A stretch of 64,000 bases of DNA from an uncultured Actinomycetes bacterium (lineage in GTDB: Bacteria > Actinomycetota > Actinomycetes > Streptosporangiales > Streptosporangiaceae): the NCBI GenBank assembly GCA_963851025.1, contig CAWKOA010000031.1, positions 19,374 to 83,373 on the forward strand, written 5' to 3'. The translations under genes were made by a program, and so were the position numbers. Below the pieces are notes generated by a model. The model was not told where the DNA came from. It saw only the letters and a list, made by a program, of their open reading frames with translations, and did no database searches. Numbering within the stretch: position 1 is the first letter of the stretch; the number at the start of each line of letters is the position of its first letter. Shown piece by piece: positions 25,012-34,704 of the stretch.

Positions 25012-26300
25012 GCCGTCTTGCCGAGCGGGAGCACCGCCGACACCACGAAGCCGCCCCCGGCCGACGGCCCGGCCGAGAGCGAGCCGCCGAGCAGCGCGAC
25101 CCGCTCACGCATCCCGGTCAGCCCGTGACCAGGCCCGGGTTCGCTCGGGGACGGCCCGGCGGGCCCGCCAGGCCCGTTGGCCACCCGCAGCCGGACCGCC
25201 CCGCCGTCATGGCCCACCGACACGCTGACCGCCGCTCCGGGCGCGTGCTGGCTGGCATTGGACAGCGATTCCTGCACAATCCGGTAGGCGCACACCGCGA
25301 CGCCGGGAGGCACGTCGCCCATCGCCCGGGGTACGGCCAGCTCGACCGCGACCCCGGCGCGGCGGGTGGCGTCGACGAGCGCGGGCAGGTCTGATAGCCG
25401 GGGCTGCGGCGCGAGCCCGGCGGGCTGGTCGTAGCGCAGCACGCCGAGCAGCCGCCGCATCTCCGCCAGCGCCTCGCGGGCCACCCCGCTCAGCGAGGCG
25501 AACTCGGCGCGGGCTGATTCGGGCAGGTCGCTGAGGCGGTAGGGCGCGGTCTCCGCCTGGACCGCGATCAGCGACATGTGATGGGCGACCACGTCATGCA
25601 GTTCCCGCGCGATCCGGGTGCGCTCTTCCAGGACGGCCCGCCGGGCCCGCTCCAGCTCGGTGCGCTCGGTCTGGGCGGCCAGGTCCAGCTGGGTGCGCCA
25701 CCGGGAACTAATGCTGTCCAGGACGATCGTCCCGGCGGTGAACACGATGGTGGCGCCGAGTGGGCCATTCAAGTCGGCCAGGTCCGTGACTAGCCATATC
25801 CACCAGGGGATAAGGCTCAGCGCCCACATCCACCACAGCACCGGCCGCCCATAGCGGAACCCGGCCACGCCGAAGACCACCAGCAGCACCAGCACCTGGG
25901 CCGGGCCCCAGGGCCAGCCTCCCCACCACTCACCGGGTACGAGCGGGACCAGGAGCAGCGCCAGCCACCCGGCACGCCAGCCCAGCAGCGGATACCGGGC
26001 CGCCAGCAGCAGCGGCACCACCACCACCGACACGGCCAGCAGCATCCGCCCCATGCTGAGCACCGAGCTGAACGGCATGGGAGGGACCCTGAGCTGCGCA
26101 TGCAGGCTGGCCAGGTTCATCACGCAAAGCCCCAGCGCCGTCACGCTCAGCGCTAGATAGGCCCGGCGCGGCCACGGCGGGTGCCACCAGGCCGGGGGCG
26201 TGTCCGGGCCGGCCAGCACCTGGATCAGCCCGCGCCACGCCCGGCGCGCCACCGGGCCGGCGCTGCCCGCCACCCGTGCGTAGCCAGGCATCCGTTTCAC
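25008..26300 (-). CDS. Sensor histidine kinase (HisKA_3 / NarX-DesK type) with a multi-TM N-terminus
   Basis: RTRIARELHDVVAHHMSLI (H-box), ...ESLSNASQHAPG..., GHGLTGMRERVALLGGSL. 4-nt overlap with the response regulator. Confidence 0.85.
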   Translation of the reverse strand: MKRMPGYARVAGSAGPVARRAWRGLIQVLAGPDTPPAWWHPPWPRRAYLALSVTALGLCVMNLASLHAQLRVPPMPFSSVLSMGRMLLAVSVVVVPLLLAARYPLLGWRAGWLALLLVPLVPGEWWGGWPWGPAQVLVLLVVFGVAGFRYGRPVLWWMWALSLIPWWIWLVTDLADLNGPLGATIVFTAGTIVLDSISSRWRTQLDLAAQTERTELERARRAVLEERTRIARELHDVVAHHMSLIAVQAETAPYRLSDLPESARAEFASLSGVAREALAEMRRLLGVLRYDQPAGLAPQPRLSDLPALVDATRRAGVAVELAVPRAMGDVPPGVAVCAYRIVQESLSNASQHAPGAAVSVSVGHDGGAVRLRVANGPGGPAGPSPSEPGPGHGLTGMRERVALLGGSLSAGPSAGGGFVVSAVLPLGKTA

Positions 26301-26531
26301 GATGTCAGCGTAGGCCGCCAGGGGCCAGCGCTCATCACACCGGCATGGTCATACCCAGGTATGCACCAGCCCTGCCGCCGGGCCGGGCTACCTGCGTGGT
26401 ATGACCGCCAATCCGGCTCCCTGGTGCGATGACCGGCACCAGCCCAGCGGACAGCCTTAACCACGGTGCTTCTTTCACGCACCGCCCGGTAGCCAATCGC
26501 CCTGTATCTAACCCGTCCCGGGAGGCACATC

Positions 26532-27290
26532 ATGAATGTCGAGATCACCGGGCTGACCCGGCGCTTCGGCCGCACCATGGCGGTGGCGGGGGCGGACCTG
26601 CAGGCTGGCCCGGGAGTGTTCGGGCTGCTGGGCCCCAACGGGGCGGGCAAGACCTCGCTGCTGCGGGTGATGGCGACGGCGGTCCCGCCGACCTCGGGCC
26701 GGCTGCGGCTGCTGGGCCGCGATCCGGGCCGCTACGGTCCGCGGCAGGAGATCCGGCGCCGGCTCGGGTACCTGCCGCAGAACCTCGGCTATTACCCGGG
26801 CTTCACGGTGGCGGAGTTCGTGGAGTATTTCGCGCTGCTGAAGGAGATGCCCGCGGCGCGGGTTCCGGCCGCGGTGGCGGAGGCCGTCGAACGGGTCGAG
26901 CTGGGCGGCCAGGCGAGGGCCCGGCTGCGCACCCTGTCGGGCGGGATGCTGCGCCGGGTGGGGATCGCGCAGGCCATCGTCAACGAGCCGGAGTTGCTGC
27001 TGCTGGACGAGCCGACCGCCGGGCTGGATCCGCAGCAGCGGATGGTGTTCCGGGGCCTGCTCCGCGACCTCGGCCAGCGCGCCACGGTCGTGGTCAGCAC
27101 CCACCTGGTGGAAGACGTCGGCGCCGCCTGCGCTCAGGTCGCGCTGATGGACCAGGGCAGGATCGTGTTTCACGGCACCCCGGCTGACCTGGTCGCCCGC
27201 GGTGCGGATCGCGCCGCGAAAGGCCAGGACATAGGCGATTCGCCGCTGGAGCGCGGGTACAGCGCCGTCCTGGCCGGAGGCCGGTCATGA
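26532..27290 (+). CDS. ABC transporter ATP-binding protein
   Basis: LLGPNGAGKTSLLR, LSGGMLRRVGIAQA, LLLLDEPTAGLDP. Confidence 0.9.
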   Translation: MNVEITGLTRRFGRTMAVAGADLQAGPGVFGLLGPNGAGKTSLLRVMATAVPPTSGRLRLLGRDPGRYGPRQEIRRRLGYLPQNLGYYPGFTVAEFVEYFALLKEMPAARVPAAVAEAVERVELGGQARARLRTLSGGMLRRVGIAQAIVNEPELLLLDEPTAGLDPQQRMVFRGLLRDLGQRATVVVSTHLVEDVGAACAQVALMDQGRIVFHGTPADLVARGADRAAKGQDIGDSPLERGYSAVLAGGRS

Positions 27291-28832
27291 CCACTGCGAA
27301 CGCCCCGGCCGTCTCCCGGCCGCGGCCGGTCCCCCGGCATGCCGCACTGGTGACGGCCCGGCTGCTGCGCCTGGAGCTGCGCCATAACGCCATGCTGTGG
27401 ATGCTGCCGGTGGTCTTCGCCCTGTTCTGGCTCACCACGTACCGCAAGACCATGGCCCTGCCGCCCTTGTGGAACATGCGTGCCGTCAGCCTGCAAAGCG
27501 GCGCGATCCTGGATTTCATCACTCCGGTGGTCGGCGCGGCCGCGTGGATGGGGTCCCGGGAGGCCCGCCGCCACACCTCCGAACTGATTCAGGTCACCGC
27601 CCGGCCGCGGTGGGCCCGCCTGCTGCCGACGTGGGCCGCCACCACCTGCTGGGCCCTGGTGGGGTACCTGGTCTGCCTGGCCGTCCTGTACGGGATGACC
27701 GCGCACCAGGCCAGCTGGGGCGGGCCGCTGTGGTGGCCGGCCGCGGTCGTGGCCGCGAGCCTGCTGGCCTTCTCGGCGCTGGGATTCACCGCTGGGGCTC
27801 TCCTGCCCAGCCGGTTCACCGCCCCGCTGGCCGCCATCGCGGCGTTCTTCGTGCTCGCGCTCAGCACCCAGCTCATCGTCGGCAGCCAGTCGTACTGGCA
27901 GGTCTCGCCGGTGGTCGCCGCCCCCTGGGACGTCGGATCGAACGCGAGCATGGCGACCTTTTACCCCTACGTTCCTGACCTGGCGATGGCCCAGGTGATG
28001 TTCCCCGCCGGGCTGACCGTGGCGCTGCTGGCGGCCCTGGCCCTGCCGCGGGGCTCCGGCGGGCGGCGCCTGCGCGCCGCCGCTGTGGCGGTCACCGCGG
28101 CCGGCCTGGCGGCCGCCGGGACCGCCGTCGCGCTGACCGGAACCGGCCAGCTGGACCGCCAGGGCATGATCGCCATCCCGGCGCTGCATGATGCGGCCAG
28201 CGACCGGACGGTCCGCTTCGTCCCGGTCTGCAGCCATACCGCGATACCGGTCTGCCTGAATCCCGCCTACGCGAGCTATCTTCCGGTCACGGTCACCGCC
28301 CTCAGACCGTTGCTCAGCGAGGTGGCCGGCCTGCCGGGCGCACCGGCCCGCATCAGCCAGGCCGCGGCAGCCTACCGGCAGGGCACCGGTAACTCGGTCA
28401 GCATCGGGCTGGCTGGCCCGGCTGCCAGCGGCCGGCCACCGGTGTTCCGCCTGCTTCTTCCGGTCCAGCTGGCAGGACCCGCCCTGACCACCAGCCAGCT
28501 GGCCGCCCAGATCCGGTCGAGTGCCGGGCTCGGCATCGTCTCCAGCCTCGTCGGCGCGGGCCGCCACCCGTCCCCGGCCCAGCAGGCAGTGCTGGCGGTC
28601 CTGGCCCGGGTGTCCGGCCTGCCGCAGCCCACCTCGCTTCCCCGCAGCACAGCGTCGGGCAGCCGGAGGCGGGCGCCGCTGAGCCCGCCGGCGCCGAGCC
28701 GGCCCCCGGATCACCGGCCTACGCCGCCGCCCAGCGGTTCGCGGCGCTGGCCCCGCCGGCCCGCCGCGCCTGGCTCGCGGCGCACCTGCCCGCGCTGCGG
28801 GCGGGCCGGATCACGCTGGCGCAGCTGCCATG
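27287..28832 (+). pseudogene. Large polytopic membrane protein (presumed permease partner of the ABC ATPase); frame break between about 28560 and 28700
   Basis: About 440 aa, hydrophobic, in ORF 27287... The C-terminus ...PAYAAAQRFAALAPPARRAWLAAHLPALRAGRITLAQLP ends at the TGA at 28830-28832 in another frame and overlaps the next ATG (ATGA). Confidence 0.6.
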
Positions 28833-29552
28833 ACCGCCGGCGGGGCAGGCCACGTGGGGGCGCCGGCCGAACGGGCCCGCGAGGCGCGCGCCGAACGGGC
28901 GCGCCCGGCGCGGCCGAACCGCCCGGCGCGGCGGCCCCAGCCAGTCGCGGCGCGAGTGCGCCTGGTGCGGCTGTACGCCACCAGCCGGCGCATCCCGGCG
29001 GCCCTGGCCGCGATAGTGGCGTGCGCTATCGGGCTGAGGATCGCGCTGGCCTGGCCCTGGGACAGCTACGGCGCCCTGCAGCTGCCGCTGGTGTTCGAGG
29101 CCGGCGCCGCGGCCGCCATCACCGCCCCGACCGCGAGCCGGCTCGGCGAGCCGGAACGGGTGGCCGGCCGGTGGCTGCCGTTCCTGCGGCTGGCCACCGC
29201 AGCGGCGCTGACCGCGGTGGCGGTCAGCGCGCTGGCCGCCGCCGGGGCCGGCGGGCACCTGGCCGGCGGCACCCTGGACGTACTGCGCAACGTGGCCGGG
29301 CTGACCGGCCTCGGCCTGCTCTGCGCGGCCGTTCTCGGCGGCGGCCTGGCCTGGGCCGGCCCGACCGGCTACCTGGTGGTCGGCGTGTACGCGCTGTACA
29401 CGCAGTGGCACCACCCAGCGCTGACCACGCCGTGGATCTGGCCGGCCCGGCCCCCGCACGACCTGGGCGGGGCGCTCTGCGCCGGGCTGGTGTTCACCGC
29501 CGGGATGGTGGTCTTCGCGGTGCGCGGAGCCCGCGATCGCGCCGACGAGTGA
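28830..29552 (+). CDS. Polytopic membrane protein, unknown family
   Basis: 240-aa ORF with about 6 hydrophobic segments. ATGA coupling to the upstream gene. Confidence 0.6.
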   Translation: MTAGGAGHVGAPAERAREARAERARPARPNRPARRPQPVAARVRLVRLYATSRRIPAALAAIVACAIGLRIALAWPWDSYGALQLPLVFEAGAAAAITAPTASRLGEPERVAGRWLPFLRLATAAALTAVAVSALAAAGAGGHLAGGTLDVLRNVAGLTGLGLLCAAVLGGGLAWAGPTGYLVVGVYALYTQWHHPALTTPWIWPARPPHDLGGALCAGLVFTAGMVVFAVRGARDRADE

Positions 29553-29583
29553 TCCACGGGCGCGCCGGGCTATTGTCAGGCCC

Positions 29584-30852
29584 ATGCGGACGCTGGCCGT
29601 GATCGGTGCGGGCGCCAAGGGCATCGCGATCGCCGCGAAGGCCCGGGCGCTCGCCGACACGGGATTCGACCCGCCCCGGGTGGTGCTCCTGGAACGGAGC
29701 GCACCCGCCGCGGCCTGGACCGGCCGGCAGGGCTACACCGACGGCTCGCTGCCGCTGGGCACCCCGCCCGAGAAGGACGTCGGCTACCCCTACCAGCCGA
29801 GCTGGGGGCCGGCCTCGGACGCGGTGACCGGCGCCATGATGGCCTACAGCTGGCCGCGGCACCTGATCGCCGGCGGCGCGTACGCCGACTGGGTGGATCG
29901 CGGCCGCCAGCGGCCCACGCATCACGAGTGGGGCGCCTACCTGCGGGAGGCCGCGCTGAAGTGCGGGGCCGAGACCCTCGTGGCCGAGGTGACCGCGCTG
30001 GACACCGAGGGCGGCCGCTGGCGGCTCGGGCTGGCCGGCGGCGGCACGCTCGAAGCGGACGGGGTCGTCGTGACCGGCCCCGGCCCGCCGGTCACGGTGC
30101 CGGGCCAGCCGGCCGGTCATCCGCTGGTCCTGGACGGCCGCAGTTACTGGCAGCACCTGGGTGAGCTGCGCCACCGGGCACGGAACATCTGTGTCATCGG
30201 CAGCGGCGAGACGGCCGCCTGGGTCGTGATCACCCTGGCCAGGCAATGCCACCGGCACTCGGCCATCGACGTGCTGACCAGCCGCGGCGTCCTCTACTCG
30301 CGCGGCGAGAGCTTCGACGAGAACCGTTTCTACTCCGATCCAGGCGACTGGCCCCGGCTGGCCGAATCGCACCGCCGCGAGTTCCTCGAGCGCACCGACC
30401 GGGGCGTGTTCTCGGTCCAGGCCGAGGCGACCCTCAATCAGCTGCGCGGCTTCCGCACCCTGGCCGGGCGGGCGCTGCACATCGAGGCCGGGCCGCGGCA
30501 GGTCGTGGTCACCGCCGGCTACGGGGAAGAGCGCGAGCGCGTCGCCTATGACCTGGTGGTCGTGGCGCGCGGCTTCGACGGGCACTGGTTCGAGCGCCTG
30601 CTGGGCCGGGAGGCGAAGGCCCGGCTCACCGCCGCCCGCGCCGGGGATGAGCTGGAGCGCCGCATCGACGTGGACCTGGCCGTGGCGGGCCTGGAGCCGC
30701 CGCTGCACCTGCCGGTGCTCGCCGGACTCGCCCAGGGACCGGGCTTCCCCAACCTCAGCTGCCTCGGCCTGCTCAGCGACCGTGTCCTGCGGCGCTACGT
30801 CCGGCTGCCGATCGCAGCCCGGGAGCTCGCCGAAAGGAGCCAGCATGTCTGA
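29584..30852 (+). CDS. FAD/NAD(P)-binding flavoprotein with two dinucleotide-binding motifs (class-B / SidA-IucD-PvdA-like architecture)
   Basis: MRTLAVIGAGAKGIAIAAK (GxGxxG) and ICVIGSGETAAWVV (second Rossmann motif). 422 aa. Confidence 0.7.
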   Translation: MRTLAVIGAGAKGIAIAAKARALADTGFDPPRVVLLERSAPAAAWTGRQGYTDGSLPLGTPPEKDVGYPYQPSWGPASDAVTGAMMAYSWPRHLIAGGAYADWVDRGRQRPTHHEWGAYLREAALKCGAETLVAEVTALDTEGGRWRLGLAGGGTLEADGVVVTGPGPPVTVPGQPAGHPLVLDGRSYWQHLGELRHRARNICVIGSGETAAWVVITLARQCHRHSAIDVLTSRGVLYSRGESFDENRFYSDPGDWPRLAESHRREFLERTDRGVFSVQAEATLNQLRGFRTLAGRALHIEAGPRQVVVTAGYGEERERVAYDLVVVARGFDGHWFERLLGREAKARLTAARAGDELERRIDVDLAVAGLEPPLHLPVLAGLAQGPGFPNLSCLGLLSDRVLRRYVRLPIAARELAERSQHV

Positions 30853-31024
30853 GCCGGCCTACGGAGCCTGGGAGCACGACGACTACGTGCATCGCAGCGT
30901 GATGCTGCCCGCCGGCCTGGCCGAACGCCTGGCCGCCGAGGCCGAGCGGCGCGACATCTCGGTGAGCGACCTGCTGGCCGAGTACGCCGAAGCGGGCCTG
31001 CGCGCCCAGCCCCCCGATGCCTGA
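30846..31024 (+). CDS. Small ribbon-helix-helix (CopG/Arc-like) protein
   Basis: MSEPAYGAWEHDDYVHRSVMLPAGLAERLAAEAERRDISVSDLLAEYAEAGL. The ATG overlaps the flavoprotein stop (ATGTCTGA). Confidence 0.55.
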
Positions 31025-31071
31025 TCCAAGCCGCGACTCAGGTCGTAGCCCGGGGCCGAACGTTGCCTCGC

Positions 31072-31680
31072 TCAGAGCCGGTCGAATGGGCCGGCGTAGT
31101 GGAAGCGGCCGGTCAAGCCCTCGTACCGGGTAAGGGTCCGGACCTGGAAGTAGTCACCCCATGAGGAGTCGGGCGCGGCTACCCCGATCGACTCTGCTGG
31201 AACAAAGCCGAAGCGACGGTAGTAGGCAGGGTCGCCAAGCAGCCCCACCAGAGGCTCGCCGAGCGCGTCGGCCGCACCAAGAACAGCGTGCATCAGGGCA
31301 GCACCGATACCAGCTCTCCAGCGGTGCGGGAGAACACTCAGCGGCCCGAGACCCAGAGCTGGCTGGGCATCGACATGGGCACGCGTAGCTACAACGTGTC
31401 CGACCACCAGGTCGTCCTCGACCGCGACCAACGACAACTCCGGAACCCAACCAGCATCGTCTCGCAGCCACGAGACCAGCGTCGCATGGAACCGTCAGAC
31501 CTTTCGCTGACCGTCGTCAACGCATTTTCGCGCGGTAGTCCCACCACATCGCCCGATCCCTACGTGAGACCGCGGGACACTGAGACCCTCGACTACACCC
31601 TCATCTGCGAAGAGTCTCCAAACCACCACCCATGCCCCGGGCCCGGCTCCCGCCGGCCACTCAGATACCACCGGACTCAC
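31072..31680 (-). pseudogene. GNAT-family N-acetyltransferase (YhbS/COG3153-like) with an in-frame TGA at 31495-31497
   Basis: C-terminal 140 aa are clear: LVSWLRDDAGWVPELSLVAVEDDLVVGHVVATRAHV...LGPLSVLPHRWRAGIGAALMHAVL...GDPAYYRRFGF. ORF 31495..31680 is in the same frame, directly upstream of the stop. No ATG or GTG lies between the stop and the TTG at 31437. Confidence 0.6.
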
Positions 31681-31727
31681 CAGCCCCGGGACCGGCGCGG
31701 CCGGGGGAAACGCGGCAGACTGGCCTG

Positions 31728-34084
31728 GTGGCCAGCAACGTCCGGACCAGCAACGTCCGGACCTCCATCCGGGTCGAGGGCGTGGTCCAGGGAGTCGGGT
31801 TCCGCCCGTTCGTCTACTCCCTGGCCACCCGGCTGGGCCTGGCCGGCTGGGTCGGCAACGACGTGGACGGCGTGTTCGCCGAGGTGGAGGGGCCCGCCGA
31901 GCAGATCCAGGACTTCCTGGCCGCGCTGGAGCGGGACGCGCCGCCGCTGGCCCGGGTGGAGCGGGTCAGCGCGGAACCGATAGACCCGGACGGCCGCCCG
32001 GGCTTCGCGATCGTGGCCAGCGGCACGGCCGGCCCCCGCCGGGCCCTGATCTCCGCGGACAGCGCGACCTGCGCCGACTGCCTGCGTGAACTGGCCGACC
32101 CGGCCGACCGCCGGTTCGGCTACCCGTTCATCAACTGCACGAACTGCGGGCCCCGGTTCACCATCGTCCGCGGCGTGCCCTACGACCGGCCGCTGACCAC
32201 GATGGCGGCCTTCGCCATGTGCGCCGCGTGCGCGGCGGAGTACCACGACCCGGCCGACCGCCGGTTCCACGCCCAGCCGGTGTGCTGCCCGGCCTGCGGG
32301 CCCCGGCTGCGGCTGCTCGCCGCGGACGGGACGCAGCTGTCCGGCCCGGACGGCGCCCTGGCCGGGGCGGTGGCGGCGCTGGGCGCCGGGCAGGTCCTCG
32401 CGGTGAAGGGCCTGGGCGGTTATCACCTGGCGGTGGACGCGGCCAGCGAGGAGGCCGCGGCGCGGCTGCGGGCCCGCAAGCACCGGGAGGACAAGCCGTT
32501 CGCGGTGATGGCCGCGGACCTGGCCGCCGTGCGCAGCCTCTGCGAGGTGGACGACGTGGCGGCCGGCCTGCTGGCCAGCCCCCGGCGGCCCATCGTGCTG
32601 CTGCCCCGCCGGGATGCGGCGACGGGCCAGGCCGCCGGGACCGGGGGCGCCCCGCCCGCCGCGGGCGTGTCCCGCCGCTCGCCGCGGCCGTGGCCCCGGG
32701 CAACCGGCAGCTGGGCGTGATGCTGCCCTACACCCCGCTGCATCATCTGCTGCTCCGCGACTTCGGCCGGCCGATCGTGCTGACCAGCGGCAACGTTTCC
32801 GACGAGCCGATCGCGTACCAGGACGGGGACGCGCTGGCCCGGCTGGGCGGCCTCGCGGACGCGTTCCTCACCCACGACCGGCCGATCCATATCCGGACCG
32901 ACGACTCCGTGGTCCGCCCGTTCCGCGGCCGGGAGGCCGTGCTGCGCCGCTCGCGCGGGTACGTGCCGGAGCCGCTGGCCGTGGCCAGCCGGTTCAGGCG
33001 GCCGGTGCTGGCCTGCGGCGCCGAGCTGAAGAACACGTTCTGCCTCGGCCGCGGGGACCGGGCCTTCGTCTCCCATCACGTAGGGGACCTGGAGAACTAC
33101 GAGACGCTGCGCTCCTTCACCGAGGGCATCGCGCACTTCCGGCGGCTGTTCGACGTGACCCCGCAGATCGTGGCGCACGACCTGCACCCCGACTACCTGT
33201 CCACGAAGTACGCGCTGGAGCAGGACGGCTGCGTGCTGGCCGGCGTGCAGCACCATCACGCGCACATCGCCTCGTGCCTGGCCGACAACGGGGAGGCCGG
33301 GCCGGTCATCGGGGTGGCCTTCGACGGCACCGGCTACGGGCCGGACGCCACCATCTGGGGCGGTGAGTTCCTGGTGGCGGACCTGGCCGACGCGGAGCGG
33401 GCCGGCCACCTGGCGGGCGTGCCGATGCCCGGCGGCGCGGCCGCTATCCGCCAGCCGTGGCGGATGGCCGCCGCCTACCTGGACGCCGCCTTCCCCGGCG
33501 GCCTGCCCGCGGGCCTGGACGTGGCCACCCGGAACTCCGGCGCCTGGGACAGCGTGCTCACGCTGGCCCGGCGGGGGGTGAACGCCCCGGTGACGTCCAG
33601 CGCGGGACGCCTGTTCGACGCGGTCGCCGCGCTGCTGGGCGTGCGCGACTCGATCAACTACGAGGGCCAGGCCGCGGTGGAGCTGGAGCAGCTGGCCGCC
33701 ACGTCACGCCACGAGCCGTACCCGGCGGCCATCACGGACGGCCGGCCGCTCACCGTGGCGGGCTGTGACCTGGTCCGCGCCGCCGCCGAGGACCTGCTGG
33801 CCGGGGTCCCCCGGGCGGTCATCGGCGCCCGGTTCCACCAGGGCGTGGCCGCGATGATCGGTGCGGCCTGCGGGCTGCTGCGGGACCGCACCGGGCTGGG
33901 CACGGTGGCGCTCTCCGGCGGGGTGTTCCAGAACCTGCTCCTGCTCGGCACCGTCGTGGACCTGCTGGAGGGCAGCGGCTTCCGGGTCCTGACCCATTCC
34001 CGGGTCCCCCCGAACGACGGCGGGATCAGCCTCGGACAGGCTGTGGTGGCCGCGGCGCGGGACCGGGCGGGGCGGCTGGCCTAA
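31728..34084 (+). pseudogene. hypF: Carbamoyltransferase HypF; one frame break at about 32640-32680
   Basis: Acylphosphatase domain IRVEGVVQGVGFRPFVYSLA. Zinc fingers CADCLREL...NCTNCGPRF and CAACAAEY...CPACGP. YrdC-like LAVKGLGGYHLAV. After the break: VAPGNRQLGVMLPYTPLHHLL...TSGNVSDEPI...GAELKNTF...HHHAHIAS...GVAFDGTGYG...WGGEF...LSGGVFQN...PPNDGGISLGQ. Confidence 0.9.
31734..31763 (+). repeat. Perfect 15-bp tandem duplication agcaacgtccggacc x2 (SNVRT SNVRT) at the hypF 5' end
   Basis: Read directly. Confidence 0.8.
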
Positions 34085-34259
34085 CCCTCAGCCGGCCTGG
34101 CCTCAGCGGCTGGCCTGGCCGGGTGGCGCTCGCTGAGCTGGGCCAGCAGTTTTCCGGACCCGCGGGATGGCTTTCAGGGTGCCTGGCGACCATCTCAGTC
34201 CCCGCCGCGCCTCCAGTCGCTGCCGACCTGCCGGGGCGCCGCATTTCCTTGACGGCCAT

Positions 34260-34294
34260 CTAGATACGTAGCTATAGTGCTAGTCACCTAGATA
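34260..34294. promoter_or_regulatory. AT-rich candidate operator with direct CTAGATA repeats (34260, 34288) and TAGC-N6-GCTA, immediately upstream of the GntR gene
   Basis: ctagatacgtagctatagtgctagtcacctagata. A strongly AT-rich island in a roughly 70% GC context, abutting the GTG start. Confidence 0.3.
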
Positions 34295-34296
34295 AA

Positions 34297-34704
34297 GTGA
34301 GGCTCACGGTGATCGAGTTCCACCTGGACAGCCGGTCCGGCGTCGCGCCGTACCTGCAGCTGATCCATCAGGTGCGGCAGGCGCTGCGGCTGGGCCTGCT
34401 GCGCAAGGGCGACCAGTTGCCGAAGGTCAAGGACGTCGCGGCCGGGCTGGCGATCAACCCGAACACGGTGCTCAAGGCCTATCGGGAGCTGGAATACGAG
34501 GGGCTGGCGGCGGCCCGGCCGGGGATCGGGACGTTCGTGACCGGGACGCTGGGCGGCGGCGCGTCGCTGGCCGCGCACGGGCCGCTGCGCCGTGATCTGC
34601 AGCGGTGGCTGGCCAAGGCGCGCCGTGCCGGTCTGGACGAGGAGTCCATCGAGGCCCTGTTCGCCAGTACCTTTCGGTCCGCCGGCGAGGAGGAGATAGC
34701 GTGA
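34297..34704 (+). CDS. GntR-family regulator, YtrA subfamily (short C-terminal domain)
   Basis: YLQLIHQVRQALRLGLLRKGDQLPKVKDVAAGLAINPNTVLKAYRELEYEGLAAARPGIGTFV. An alternative GTG start lies at 34309. Confidence 0.85.
   Translation: MRLTVIEFHLDSRSGVAPYLQLIHQVRQALRLGLLRKGDQLPKVKDVAAGLAINPNTVLKAYRELEYEGLAAARPGIGTFVTGTLGGGASLAAHGPLRRDLQRWLAKARRAGLDEESIEALFASTFRSAGEEEIA

Noticed and set aside
31495-31497. In-frame TGA in the GNAT gene as a selenocysteine or programmed read-through codon
   Set aside because: No SECIS-like hairpin follows immediately downstream. GNAT enzymes are not known selenoproteins. The window is full of other point disruptions, so a nonsense change or base-call error is the simpler reading.
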